DNA of 63,233 nt, filler included, from Atractiella rhizophila (GCA_021432655.1; 4 parts of 3 records of this genome joined end to end with filler, not necessarily neighbours in it); one strand, 5' to 3'. Shown: positions 25,720-39,274, counted from the first letter of the whole stretch. Notes: generated from the sequence alone by a model not told the origin. Made by a program: numbers and translations.

Positions 25720-27968
25720 GTTGCCTGCAAATGCGAAGTTGCGTCGAAGGGCATGGCCTTCGACGGTGAGAGGTACTTAATATAAGGCAGCACCGCTCAA
25801 ATACGCGTTTAACGACGATTCGTACAGCACAAGAAAGACGAAAAACATGTCTGTCGCGAGAGGTACGAACAGGCCAAACCAATGCATTGGGGTATGGATC
25901 CCAGCTTCTGTCCAAACACTCTAATTAAATACAACTGATACCATGCAGGTCAGAGTTTAGGAACAAGTTCAATTGTGACGGAAAGCTGGAACGGGTTAAT
26001 GGGAAAGCAAATCTGGGAAGTGCAATCTTAATACCGAAGAAGACAGAAGACACTCTTCTGCACTGTGCCATTTAATGCTTTAAGGATCTGCGTGATTGGA
26101 TATTTTTAAATATCAACTTAGTGTTCAACCTGCTCCGTCTACAGCAACACAATGGGGGTCGCAGTGGTTCCAAGTGATGGCAAAGTAATAGGGTTGAAAC
26201 AAATGTCCTGGGGTGGTTACAGTGAGTCCAACAAGTATGGCCGCACTTGACAAATGAAGTTTCATTTCACGAGTGGAGCATGCATTTGTCATAGTGAAGA
26301 TGGCACTGGATATCAACCAAAGTTGGTGAGGTGTTCTGGTGGACTGTGACTGTGATCAAGACGTGATGATCAGATGTTTCTGAAGACGTCGCTGAATCCA
26401 ATTTTGCAGCTGCCAAACTCCACCACAATATCACAGGATAACTTTAAAATTGGGTTAAAGAGGAAACTTTGTTTGGCGGGTTTCAGAGTAAGATTTTGTA
26501 TGTCTGATGATTGCGTTCCTTGTAGGTCCCGCAGATCTTGGGCTAGAATAGCTAAGCTAAACTGCAATTTGCTGCCGTCTTTCGATGGTACAATTGGAGT
26601 TCGAGCTCTCAAGTCTTCTGAACAGTAAGTACAGCTTTATCAGAATTGACTAGACAACATGGAGGAGCTACGTCGGTCAGATGTTGTTGAATAGTGGACG
26701 CTAAGTGGCTTAACAAGTGTCAACGACGCTTTGTATCCCTATGCTTTAAGATTTCGATGGAGGTCAATGGGAGGCTGTCAAAGGTTCACGCTGTCCCAAC
26801 AATTCATGCCGCAAAAATAGGTAGAGTCAGCAATGACGTGGTTGGTGGCTGGCAAACAAGCGGCTGTTAGCGAGAGAGGTAAGACCAAGTAACATTAGAA
26901 TCTGTTTATTGGTTTATTACCTTCGTACAATATTCGACGGAGCTCATCGACGATACACCAATAGGGAGGGAAGGGGGATGTGAGAGCATTTAGAAAGCTT
27001 CGTGTTACGGGAAGCATTGAGTTCAAGAATCGAGGAAGACTCACACTTCGAGTGCTTGTGACTATTAAGTACTACATTGCCCTTCCAAGCAGTCCGAAAG
27101 TGGACGTGAACATTATTTCCTACTAACTGCCTCAAGGGAAGTTTGCATTCAAACACATTGAATGAGTTATGACAAGAGGGAATGGATGTGACAGGGAAAA
27201 ATATAAGACGGACAAGCACCCCTTCCACGGCTGAACCAGACAGAAGAAAAAAACGCACCTTTGAAATTGATTGCGTTTAACCATGTTTGATCCTGCCGTA
27301 CAAGAATCCTACCAAACCTGCCATCAAACCAACGATCATTTCATTTCACTCCACTGCCAGCCTTTCACTTCGTCATGACGCGTTCTCGGACTGAACCATG
27401 ATACATTCGACGAGACGCGGAGCGATTCCAGGGGCGATTCGAGTTTCCTCTAGTTGGTCGTCTTGGGTGTCTGCAGGTTGGTCAGGACCTTAGTGCTAGT
27501 CGGAACCCGCCTTCGCGCTGGTGATATGATCGTGGCCTGGGCAGATGTCTCACGTGCTGTCCAAACTATCGTTCACTCACAGCATGTCTGGTTCGAGACT
27601 ACGTTTGTGTCCTACCTATAGAACATTTCCTGTCTTGCAGGCATAATTTCATGTGTTCCTTCCACGACCAGTGAGGACAAGGCAGTGCTGATTGGTAAAT
27701 GGAGGGTATCGGTATCGACGAAATTGCCCAACGCAACAGTGTCATTCCTTAGATATGCATCGTTATTTGAGGTGCAGGGTAAAAATCATGCGAAGTTGGG
27801 CAACAAGGAGTGATCATGTTTTGTGCATCAAACCACAGTTACACGCGTGTACAATCTTAATAATACCATCCTAATACAATAAGCAACTATTACTTTTGCG
27901 ATAGCCTGATGGCGTTCATGAGACCACAATCAGTGTCAATCGTTGTTGCGTCTCCGACTAGGACAAAA

Positions 27969-30063
27969 TCAGGATTTCGGGGGGCAAACAGAGCGAAAGA
28001 CGCACAGAGCCGCGCACATGTCTGTCAAATTCAGACCTTCAATTCGATGACGAAAACATCGCTCGAAGTGCTGGCAAATGGTTCCTGGTTTTTCCATCAC
28101 GTTCCGACATGAAGTGTAGCTAGGCGCAACGTTGCAGTATCCAAAGGATGCGGCAATACCTTTCAGCCACAGATCCCACTGGGTCCACGGAAACACTTCT
28201 TCTGGACAGGGTGAATTGCCGGAGGACGACCATACACGGGGGCATTCGTCCGTGAGCGCGAACGTAAGAAAGTCGCAGCTCGATTGTAAGCCCAAGAAAT
28301 TATGCTCGTCTACCGGAAACACTGTCTTATTAGGTTTGTAAATAGCGCCGTAGAGGGTTGGCAGTCCACTTTGGATGGCAGTGCGGAGAATGGTGTCCTT
28401 TTTTTCGAACGCTTTCACCACCACCTCTCGCGGTCTCTGAGAGGAGAGCATTGTTGCCCAGGCAGCCTGGATCGCAGGGGAAACGAAAGGCTGCGTGGAT
28501 GGGGTATGCTATAGAACAATTGTCAAAGTCAGTTTGGTCCATGGTAAAAGACTAAAATCGTGCCATCATGTTGAAAAACATGTCTGAGGAGAAAGTGCTA
28601 TCACGCATGTCAGCTTGCAACAGCAACCCGACCTCTTTGGAGGTCTCAGGCAGACTGTTCCTGCTGCTTCCAGCTACTGCTGTTGTTGTGGTAGTTGTCG
28701 ATGCGTTAAGAGATCGTCCATATGGTGATGTGGGACGAGGTTGACTCCAAGGATTCCCGTAGATTTCTTGAGGCGGAGGCCGATCGCATGCTTCTAGGGA
28801 GAAAGTAGAAAATGGGTTCAAAGGACCCGTCTGGGGTTTGTTGATGACATCCCCCGTGTCCTCGAATTGCAAGTAGAGCACTAGCTGAGCTTCAGTTGGG
28901 GAATAGGTGAAGGAAGATTGAACTACTCTTCTCGTCGACTTGCAAGTGAACTATGTTCCGGGAAAGCAGAGCGATTGCCTGTTCCTCTGTCCAGTCTTCC
29001 GTTGTGAAGTTCCAACGTGCCTATCGGTTAAATGAAGCTGAAATGTGCTTGAGGAGAAGAAACATACAACTGCACACAAAGAACTCAAATCATCGTCGGA
29101 GGCCACAACGAATTTAACTTCATCTTGCATCAGAGTTAGGTGAGAGAGCCAGACCATCAACATCGCCTTCTGGAGCACATCGACAGCATCGGTCATGTTT
29201 ACTGACGGATCTTCAGCCTTCTCTAGATCTGCTCTGCTTCGCACCTTGATTCGACTCAGATATAAAGTGTGGCTGCCAATGGGTAGCTCAGGTGTTGAGT
29301 ATATACCGTCTCATAGACATCTGTTACTCTTCCTCAGGAGATACATGCTGAAAACATACCTCGTCCCTCCTGTCCACCATGGACAGTCGCCCCGTTATCG
29401 TTCCAGGAATCACCACCGAAGTAGGATCCAGTTGATTCAAATCCGTGGTGGAGGTCGAGTGATTGGTTCGGCTCTGTGAAGGTGCCCGCCAACCAATCGT
29501 GGGCTTTGACCATTCCAGTAATCATGCAAATTCCGGTGATCAAGCAGATTCCGTCCTTCCCCTCCTCGGCAGACTGAATAAAGCGCTTGAAGTGTTCATA
29601 GCAAATGATTTATTCTGGACCTGAAGGCGGATGGCGCCGAAGTTTGTGAGGAGAAAAGCTGCTTTTTCTGATAGACTTTCGAACTCAGTCGTCAAAGAAC
29701 TGAGCACCAAATTGTTTTCGTACGTCCAAAGTCAAAAAGATCAGATAGAACTGACGTAGAGAGTGGAGGTAGATTGACGCCCACGCTGGGATTAACTCCC
29801 ATGCTCTTGACACGAAGCTTCCCTGCAAACTTGGGTATTCCAGCTTCTAGAGCGAATCCAGCAACCGTCCAGGCAAATGCATCGCTGTATTCTTCGACTG
29901 GTCGAGTTGTCACAAATGTACCGTCCTGGCAGTAACCGATATCCCCGATTCTGCTCTCCCTGTAATGCTCATCACCCTGCGCCCCTGGGTTCTGGAGGAG
30001 AAAGTGGTTCTGTTTAGAGCAATACATGAGAGTTTGATAGATAGTGCATGGTTTAGAAGACAT
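27969..30063 (-). pseudogene. Paralogue of 23722-25719 (gasdermin-like copy 2) with a 1-bp frameshift near 29597
   Basis: Collinear peptides (RIGDIGYCQDGTF; AGIPKFAGKLRVKSM; ICMITGMVKA; FVVASDDDLSSLCA; LTFALTDECPRVW; FPWTQWDLWLKGIAASFGYC) and the same intron positions; gct atg aa cac versus gct atg gaa cac in copy 1. Confidence 0.7.
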
Positions 30064-31912
30064 GTTGCTGAGTTGTATGGTTGTGCTTGTGGATGTGAAG
30101 GCCCTTTGAGAGATATGCTCGTAGACATGGGCGGTGGTTGATATATTGTGAGTTCTAGCGGAACACGCTTCTAACAGTGCGTGCTTCACGAAAAAGACGA
30201 GAAGCATGCCGTTCTCGTGCAGTACGAACAGACCTATGCATCAATATGAATATATACCTAGCTTACGACGACTTCTCTCCAAACATCCCTAAACGAACCC
30301 CAAGATCTAAAGCATCCAAATTGGGAGCTAAAGGGCATCACGGTAGAATTGCTTGAGCCACATCCAATTGAGTCAGCGAATTCGCGTGTCGTTTTTACCG
30401 CAAAGGGCAAAGAATGAAGGTCGAAGGTTGAAATTTTCTGAGCCAGGGAAGGGCCCGCGTACGATGGACGTTCTGAATGCGGAAGAAGGTCCTCGTTTAC
30501 ACTATGTAATTGATTGTCTGAGGAATTTGAAAGCAGCACAAGAAATAAATTTTAGAATAATATCAGCATACGAAGAGACTTCGGAACAGCTTCCATTCTG
30601 TTCAACGGAAGGTCAATCAGTAACATGATGAACGCTGCAGACGTTCCAAGCGATAACAACATTGTATGCTCCAAAAAATGTCGGTCGGCGTTTTGGAATA
30701 ATTGACGCTGTCGACAAGTATCGGCACCCATCTCTCCAGGAGAATATTTAGTTGTGCGTTTCTAAAGGTGTGCCATTCATAAGGTATCGTCAGCAAAGCC
30801 CAGAACAAAACCGAAGAATTCGTTCCTGCAGTAAACTTTATCCTAGTATCACATTCTCCAGAATGCGAACTGCGGATAATCCAGGTAAAATCGGTCGAGA
30901 GGGGGAAAGAAGGCCTCAAAGTAAGTGGCAGCACGGGATCATTAACGTTCCTCGAGCCGCAAGACGAGGCAGAGCTGGAACTGCAAGTTTCCGAGAATTA
31001 TTTAATATGAGTGAAATCGGAGTCTCTCACGGCGTAAACAACGAGGACGGCTTCATTCGAATTGGAATGGGAGAACATTGACAAGTTACATCATCGCTGG
31101 GTGGCCGAACGTCTGTCCAATTCCGATGTCACGATCCCCTAAGATTTCTAGGTAGCTGAAACGCAGTTGAAGCATCACGCCGTTAAAACAGTTTATGTCG
31201 AGTCGAGTACGCAGTCATGCAGTTGACAGGAGGAAACTACCTTTCATAAGAATATAAGATAGGTTTCGGCGAAACTGCTTTAATGTAAATCGGTATAAGT
31301 TCATCTCAAGCGGACGCGGGCAGTTTATCCGTACGAAAGCATTGACTTTGAGAATCAAGAAAGACACACTTGTCGAGTGCTCATGGTGACGACAGGTTGA
31401 GAGGTCTCCAAGTGATCAGTTCGTTTCTGCGTAAATGCGGTAAATAGATTGAAATGTATTGACTGGCCCTTCAGAAGGAAGAAACCTGCGGCCTCAGGCT
31501 GGGTAGAAAAAGATCAGAGACAGAGATAAGATGATGTCGACCCAATTAGTCGATTGCTCAGTCGTACGAACGTCCAGCTTGTCTAGCAAGGAAAACTTCA
31601 GCGAAGACGGAGGGAACGCGGACAATAATGAAGCTACACCCAACCTGAGTTCTCAAAACAGTAGACTGTACCTGTAAATCTGTCCATGCCTTTTCGTACA
31701 TTGGCGGTGCTTGCTTGTGCCTAGCATGGCTGCCTATCATCATCCATTTCATCCATCGCCATTCTGTCAGCACAAGACGCATTCCCAGCCGGGAACAATG
31801 CTGACGTGGTCAAAGGACACGGGACTCGGAGTATTATGCGTTCGCTTCGTTCGGATTCCTTCACGGCTGACGCGCTGACGCTGATCAGTGCGGATGGTCG
31901 TTTGGAACAGAG

Positions 31913-32022
31913 GAAGATGTTCTGGAAGTCGATGGAATTTGTGAAGACAGTGTGACAACTTCATGAACATCTATTGAAAGCACCGCGAAAGACTTAACGC
32001 CAAACTTCTGGAAAAAATTGAA
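31913..32022 (+). promoter_or_regulatory. Possible heat-shock elements upstream of YDJ1
   Basis: TTCtgGAA at 31920-31927 and 32006-32013 with neighbouring GAA units, about 100-190 bp before the ATG. Confidence 0.35.
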
Positions 32023-32106
32023 GCCTGAACGAACCCTTTCAAAACGACGGTCCTCTCCAGTTCCCTTCCCTTTGACTCTCATAGAATCGATTAGGATAAA
32101 CTAACA

Positions 32107-33580
32107 ATGGTGGCGAGCACGAAATTTTACGATTTATTAGGCGTCTCCCCTTCTGCCAGCGAAGACGAGCTCAAGAAAGCTTACCGCAAGTTGGGTACGT
32201 CCCTTTCCAAATCCCTTTCCTTTTTGCTATGTTGGAAGGCAATGGGTTGACAAATGTATTTGGAAATGGCGAACAGCATTGAAATATCATCCTGACAAGA
32301 ACAAGACACCTGAGGCGGCTGACAAGTTCAAGGAGATTACTCATGGTTCGTCTTTCTTCTCCCTTAGCGCGGGGTAAGAGTAATTTCTTAACGTTCTCTT
32401 CTGTATCAAATAGCATATGAAATTCTTGGAGATCCCCAAAAGCGCGATGCGTACGATCGTTACGGTGAAGAAGGGATCGGGAATGAAGGCATGGGGATGA
32501 ACGCTGAGGATCTCTTCTCGCAACTCTTCGGTGGTGGCGGCGGGTTCTTTGGTGGCGGTGGCCGTAGGAATGCTGGACCACGGAAGGGAAAGGATTTGGT
32601 TCATCGAATCAACGTCACTTTGGAGGAGTTGTATAAGGGGAAGATGACGAAGCTCGCTCTTCAGAAGCAAGTCCTTTGTTCGAAGTGTAACGGAAAAGGA
32701 GGGAAGGAAGGAGCAGTCAAGCAGTGCGGAACTTGCCGAGGCTCTGGTATTCGTATGGTCGTTCGTCAACTTGGTCCGATGGTGCAGCAGATTCAGCAAC
32801 CCTGCTCGGATTGTAACGGAGAGGGACAAATCATCAATCCCAAGGATCGATGCAAACAGTGTAACGGGAAGAAGACTCAGCAGGAGAAGAAGATTCTTGA
32901 GGTCAACATCGATAAAGGGATGAAGGATGGACAGACCGTCACTTTCAACGGAGAAGCGGATCAGGCACCAAATATTCTGCCCGGAGACGTTGTCATCGTC
33001 ATCGATGAGAAAAAACACCCGCGATTCCAACGACGCGGAAACGACCTTCTTTACGAGACAGAAATCGATTTACAGGCATGTTTGGGCGCGGGAGGTCAAT
33101 TCACGATTGAACATCTCGACGACCGGGTCTTGCTCGTCAACATCCCAGCAGATGGCAAGATCATCAAACCAGGTTTGCATCTCCCTTTCTTCTTACTCTC
33201 CTCCTCCTGAAAAATTATGATTAGGGTCCATCCAAGTTATTCCCGGTCAAGGAATGCCTTCTTACCGTCATCACGAACCCGGAGATATGATTGTCACCCT
33301 GAACGTCAGATTTCCGGAAAGCCTCCCGCTTGAGGTTCTCCCTGTTATCGAGACTGCACTTCCGGCACGTACGCCGGTGAAGCAGTACGATCAGAAGAAG
33401 TTCCTGACTGAGGAGGTGGAGCTGGAGGAGCTTACGGAGGCGCAGGCGAGGAGGAAGGAGCAGGAGAATGGGATGGATGAGGATGAGGATGGTGGACCCC
33501 AGGTCCAATGTGCTAACGTAAGCGTTTTCTTCTGTCCTCCTTTCTGGAAGCACTGTCCTGATTTTAATGGATAGCAATGA
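32107..33580 (+). CDS. YDJ1: Type I DnaJ/Hsp40 (Ydj1/Mas5), multi-exon
   Basis: J domain (FYDLLGVS..ELKKAYRK..YHPDK), G/F region, four CxxCxGxG-type zinc motifs, C-terminal CaaX box CANQ* split by an intron. Confidence 0.95.
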
Positions 33581-33992
33581 GCACAATGATTCGGTCTTTC
33601 GATTTAGTAGCCTTGCAGCTGATCGCTCGTTCTTTGATGGCTGTTGCCTCCTGTGTACAAGTTGTTCTTTCTACGCAGTAATAGATTCTTCTATACCATC
33701 TAGATATAGTGTACACATTCCTCATCCTGTCTCAAGCAGTAGTAAGTTGTAAGGAAGCGACATTGAGGAACAGCCTCCAGTAAGCCGCGCTTCCGCTCGA
33801 CGACCACCTTCTCATCGACGTGCACATCGCAACCACTATAAAAGCATCCAAGCTTCTCCGAGGTGCAAAGGTCCTTCTATTTACATCCTTTCATCACTCA
33901 AGCCGCGAGCGGCAAATCCATACGCGCTCACCGCTCCATCGATTTCCACGAATCAAACGACGAACGTCCAGGATAATCAAGGATAACAAACG

Positions 33993-35633
33993 ATGGCCTT
34001 CATTCCAAAGAAGAAAGCTCCACGCGGACCCCGACTAGCTCTCCCTGCTGTATCTCCTCCCGCTGCGCCTCAGCCTACTCAACCTGGTGAATCGTCCGCG
34101 ACTGGAGACTCTCGTATCGGACTCTCAGCGAATTATCAAAATGTTGCTGGCACAACCACTTCTTATGGAGGGTATGAAGATGGAGATGAACCTGGAGAGT
34201 TTAAGTACAATCCTGGAGATCAGGATAGGATGTTAAAAGAGATCCAAGATGCCATGGGCAAGGTTGAACTTGAGCGAGATCTCAGTGGTCAGCATGCTTT
34301 GAATGAAGAGGATTTGGAGGGAACGAAGAGCTTGGGCGTGCCCGGAGCTGCTGCTGAAGGCGGAACACCAAAAGCGAGAAGCAGAGCGAGCAGTGTGATC
34401 AATGTTACTGTGGAAGAAAAGGAGGAAGGAAAGGATGCCAAGAATGTCGAGATTTCACTTAATCCCGGTGATATGGAGGATTTGGGGAGATTGGGAGAGG
34501 GTGCTGGCGGAGAGGTGAGGAAGAGCAGACACAAGCCTACAGGACTCGTGATGGCAAAGAAGGTGCGCTTATGTTTTTGAAGTCATTGATCAAGGGGTTC
34601 ATGAGTTTGCACTTCTTTCTTTGTAGACCATTCCTGCTTCTCCGAACCCAGCCATCCATAGACAAATCCTCAGAGAATTGTCTTTCAATCGAGAATGTAA
34701 CAACGCCTACATCTGTCGATACTATGGTGCTTTCTTGGAAGAGGTGCGCATTTATCTCGCTTTGATCGCTGGTGGATACCTGGGTCCTGATGGGTACGAT
34801 GTGGTAGAACGACACGCAGATTGCCATTTTTATGGAGTTCTGCGAGGGCGGCTCTTTCGATGCTATCTCGAATCGGATCAAGGCTATGGGTGCACGAGCT
34901 GGTGAGAAAGTATTGGGCAAGGTCGCGGAGGCTGTGCGTTTGCCCGTCCCTACCACTCCATCTATTAATGCGCTTCGTTATCAAGGTATTGGGTGGTCTC
35001 GTCTACCTTCACAGCCGGAAGATTATCCACCGCGATATCAAGCCTTCGAACATTCTGGTCACAAGGAAAGGAGAAATGAAGCTCGCAGACTTTGGTGTAT
35101 CTGGAGAACTAGTCAACTCCCTCGCTGGAACCTTTACCGGGACGTCTTACTACATGGCCGTTCGTGCAATTCCCTTCCATTGTCCAAACTGTCTGACTGT
35201 GTGGAATTGTGAACAGCCGGAACGTATTCGAGGAGCCAAATATACCATCAATAGCGACGTTTGGTCCCTCGGTCTAACTCTGCTCGAACTAGCAATGAAC
35301 CGCTTCCCCTTCCCTCCAGAGGGAGAACCGCCACTTGGTCCTATTGAACTGCTCACCTATATTGTTAAGATGGAAGTTCCCAAGTTGGAAGACAACGAAG
35401 CGGAAGGAGTGAAGTGGACGAAGTATATCAGGGACTTCATCAATGTTTGGTGCGCCTTTTGTTCCCTTTCACATGCTGAGTCAATCACTGAATGTGGATG
35501 AAGCCTTGAGAAGGATCCAGCGAACCGGCCAACCCCTCAGAGGTTGCTGACCCACCCTTGGATTAAGAGGAGCGAGGCGAAACCAAACGACTTCCTTGAA
35601 GGATGGTTGAAGAGTATTTGGGGATGGGAGTGA
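33993..35633 (+). CDS. MKK1: MAP kinase kinase, Mkk1/2-Pek1 type (cell-wall integrity), multi-exon
   Basis: [69 protein letters not shown]. Confidence 0.88.
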
Positions 35634-35865
35634 TGGGAGTGAGTGTATCATTACAGATGAGAAGAATAGTTGTGCTTGTCATCGTGTTTGGAATCAATTA
35701 CATGTTGTGCCTCGCCTCCCCGTACTCTCTTCTCTCGATGCTTGACGGTTTAAACCTCTGCCAGTCATGATCTATGCTAATATCTCAACCTAGAGCACCG
35801 TATCACGAGCAGCGACAAATGGCAACGTGTCACATGACGACAGGCCTGTAGGGTCAGGGTCGCCA

Positions 35866-35880
35866 ACTTCTCGAAATTTT
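35866..35880 (+). promoter_or_regulatory. Possible imperfect heat-shock element upstream of SSC1
   Basis: cTTCtcGAAatTTt about 110 bp upstream of the ATG. Confidence 0.35.
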
Positions 35881-35985
35881 TTCTCCCCAAAACGGCCACG
35901 CCATAAAAGAGTCTACTTCTCTTCCACGTCCCTATCTAATATTTTTGCTTCTTTTCTCTAAATCCCACCCAACTTTACTTTCAAC

Positions 35986-37059
35986 ATGCTCAGATCATTT
36001 TCTCGTCAACCCGTTCTCAGGGCTTCTCGTTCTCCCCTCATCCGACAAAATGTCGCTTCTCTCGTAAGTCTCTTCAGGTGGCGAAGGAATTGCGTTCTGA
36101 ATGGCTTCTGCCTGTCATCTAGGCGCGATACCAGTCAACCGACAGTAAAGTCAGTGGACCCGTCATCGGTATCGACTTGGGAACAACAAATTCTTGCGTT
36201 TCCATAATGGAAGGTAAGACCCCTCGAGTTATCGAGAACTCGGAAGGAGGTCGTACGACTCCCTCCGTCGTCGCCTTCACTAAGGATGGGGAACGATTGG
36301 TCGGTCTACCTGCGAAACGTCAAGCCGTTGTCAACTACGAGAACACCTTTTTCGCCACGAAGCGACTCATTGGAAGGAAGTACACCGACGATGCAGTTCA
36401 GAAGGATCTTAACAACGTTCCTTACAAGATTGTGAAGCACACCAACGGAGATGCTTGGCTCGAGGCTAGGGGAAAGCAGTATTCGCCGTCTCAGATTGGT
36501 GCTTTCGTTGTTGGAAAAATGAGGGATACGGCTGAGGGCTATCTCGGAAAGAGCGTCAAACATGCTGGTGAGTTTTTTCTGCGGTGATATCTCCAGGGCC
36601 TGTGGGAAGATTTTTTTCAAGGCCCGATTTTTTTTGCCGGGTTGTGTGCTGACGCGGCCCTTTTCTTTCAGTTGTCACCGTCCCTGCCTATTTCAATGAC
36701 TCTCAGCGTCAAGCCACTAAGGATGCTGGTACGATCGCCGGTCTTGATGTCCTTCGTGTCATCAACGAGCCTACTGCCGCCGCTCTTGCTTATGGAGCTG
36801 AGAGGGAGGACTCGAAGCAGATCGCTGTCTACGATCTCGGAGGAGGAACTTTCGACGTTTCCATTCTTGAGATGCAGAAGGGAGTTTTCGAGGTCAAGTC
36901 GACGAACGGAGACACTCACCTCGGAGGAGAAGATTTCGATATTGCCCTCGTCAATCACATCCTTGAGGACTTCAAGAAAGATGCTGGTATCGATCTCAGC
37001 AAGGATCGAATGGCTATCCAACGTATCCGTGAGGCTGCTGAGAAGGCCAAGATTGAACT
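35986..37059 (+). CDS. SSC1: Mitochondrial Hsp70, 3' truncated by contig gap
   Basis: Arg/Ser-rich presequence; [85 protein letters not shown]. Confidence 0.96.
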
Positions 37060-37159
37060 NNNNNNNNNNNNNNNNNNNNNNNNNNNNNNNNNNNNNNNNN
37101 NNNTTAATTAATTAANNNNNNNNNNNNNNNNNNNNNNNNNNNNNNNNNNNNNNNNNNNN
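37060..37159. other. Artificial contig spacer (44N-TTAATTAATTAA-44N)
   Basis: Same layout as the other two spacers. Confidence 0.97.
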
Positions 37160-38443
37160 CAGCTAATGATGGGAAAACCCATTCTTGGATGCTAGAGGGT
37201 CGGGCAAAGCTTAGGAAGAAGGGACAAGGAAGAGGAATTCATCGATCAGATTTTCTCTGTTCGACATTCGGTCATCTTGCAGATGCGGGTGTACAGATTG
37301 AATATGGGAAGAACCATGATGGATTTTGGACCGGAGAACTAATGTTAGATCAGGTCACCTCTCCTTCTCTACTCTGCTATCACTGCGAGATTAACAATGT
37401 CGGTGAAACAGGTTAAAACCAAGTTGATTCCGCTCTTTGAACAGCTGCATCCTGGCCAACAGATGTTGTTATTACTTGACAATTCTCAAGGGCATAGCTT
37501 TTTTGCCAAAGATGCTCTGAGAGCAACTGAGATGAATCTCAACCCAGGCATGTATTTTCAGTTAAAATACATCGGAATAATAGCTTATTCAATTAAAGGA
37601 GGAGTTCAAGCAAGACTTCGGCCGGGCTGGTATGAGAAAGACGGTTTGAGGATTATACAGCCTATGGTTGATGTCAATGGCACTCCGAAAGGAATTAAAA
37701 CGATACTAAAGGAACGTGGGCTTTGGATTGATGGCCTGAGAGGTTGCTGCAAGAAAATAGCAGAGCATCATGATGACAACAAGTGTTGTGCCCGTAAATA
37801 ATCTCAATCTTTCCTTCTTTTTGTGCATTGCTAACTGGACAATAGAGCGGTGGATGGCAGCTCAACCAGATTTTCAAGCCCAAAAAAGTGCTGTAATTGA
37901 AGCAGTAGAAGCCGCCGGTCATTATGCCATCATGCTTCCAAAATTTCATTGCGAGATCAATTATATTGAGTTTTTTTGGGGTCGAATAAAGTACTATTGC
38001 CGTGGTAAGCCTTCCGCCATTTGAGCAGCTGTTACTAAATGATTTGTTGTTAGAGAACTGTGATTATACCTTTGAAGGACTGAAGAGGACCATCCCTGCG
38101 ACATTGAAGTCTGTCAAGCTGTCTACAATACGGAAGTTTGAACAAAGGACCCTAAGATGGGTGCAAGCATACTCGGAGGGGAAGAATGTGGTTGATGCAT
38201 CTTATCAGGTTAAAAAGTACTCTTCTCATCGTAGGGTTCCCGAAAAGGCAGCAAGTAGGGATGATTATTATTTTGCAGATTAATTGGAATAATGATTTGT
38301 AACAATGCATGATGAAAGACTTGCAGCACATTTGACCTGTCATCCTCACTTTTCTTGACTCAAAATTCACAAAATTTGATTCCAAAAAAAAAATTTGGCA
38401 AAAAAATTTCGGACCTCCGCAGCACTATGAGTCATGCTGCGTA
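37160..38443 (+). mobile_element. 3' part of a DNA transposon with an intron-containing IS630/Tc1-superfamily DDE transposase
   Basis: GRGIHRSDF, GKNHDGFWTG, LLLDNSQGH, PKGIKTILKERGLW, LPKFHCEINYIEFFWG, YSSHRRV (stop 38283); candidate terminus ...tgagtcatgctgcgTA near 38443; left end lost in the gap. Confidence 0.8.
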
Positions 38444-39274
38444 TTTTAGGTTGGGACTAGGTGTCCTGCACCATACTCCTCTACATACCTCGCTGGGTGA
38501 ATCCCTAGTCACACTGTTGAACATAGGTCTAGGCGAGGCGCCGGTCTGTTCCTCAACGGACAGATCGGCGACCGGTTTGTTGGTGAGTCACTCACGCCAG
38601 TTCCGCAAAACGGTTGCTTATTGCACGAAAACAACACCGGTCAAATCCCAAAAAATCCCTCAATTGCGAGGTACACAACGCCCCCTTTCATCTCACGCCC
38701 TGTTCTGGTTTTGATGTTTATGGTTTATGGTGTTCTATTTTTTGCTTTTATCCTTTTGTTTCCCACTTTTGTTCGCTCGACAACACACTATCCCACAAGG
38801 AAACAGACCGGCGATGAACATGCAAACCGCCGACATGTTATACTGCGCGTTGTGTCCACGAACGCGTGGCCCAGGCCTATTTGGTTGCGAGCTCCATAAT
38901 AAGCTTGGGTAGCTAGTGGGAGGAACGCCTGAGGGTCCTCCCCTAGACAGGGGAGTGTGAGTCCCGCATCACTCACTTTGCCATTGATCTCCCCACTCAC
39001 CACAATGCCTTGTGCCACCACAACATGATTTACACTTGTCGCCGCCCGGCAATTCGCCGCTAATACGGAGTCACAAAACATACATTTCAAAGCTCAAAAT
39101 CGCCGCTCCGAATAGATTCCTCACTATCACTACTGCTCGAAACAGAATCAGAATACACATCGAAATTGGAATTATCATAAGCCTCCTGAGCCAACGAAGG
39201 TTTCAAGTCGCCGAGTCGGAACTCGATTTCGCCGATACGACGACTTTTGTACAGCTGGCGACGAGTTAGGTGCC

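Noticed and set aside
26120..26480. Possible relic of a protease or transposase between the gasdermin-like copies (GKVIGL..GG; RVEHAF)
   Set aside because: Only short motif-like words amid stop codons; no catalytic motif set can be supported.
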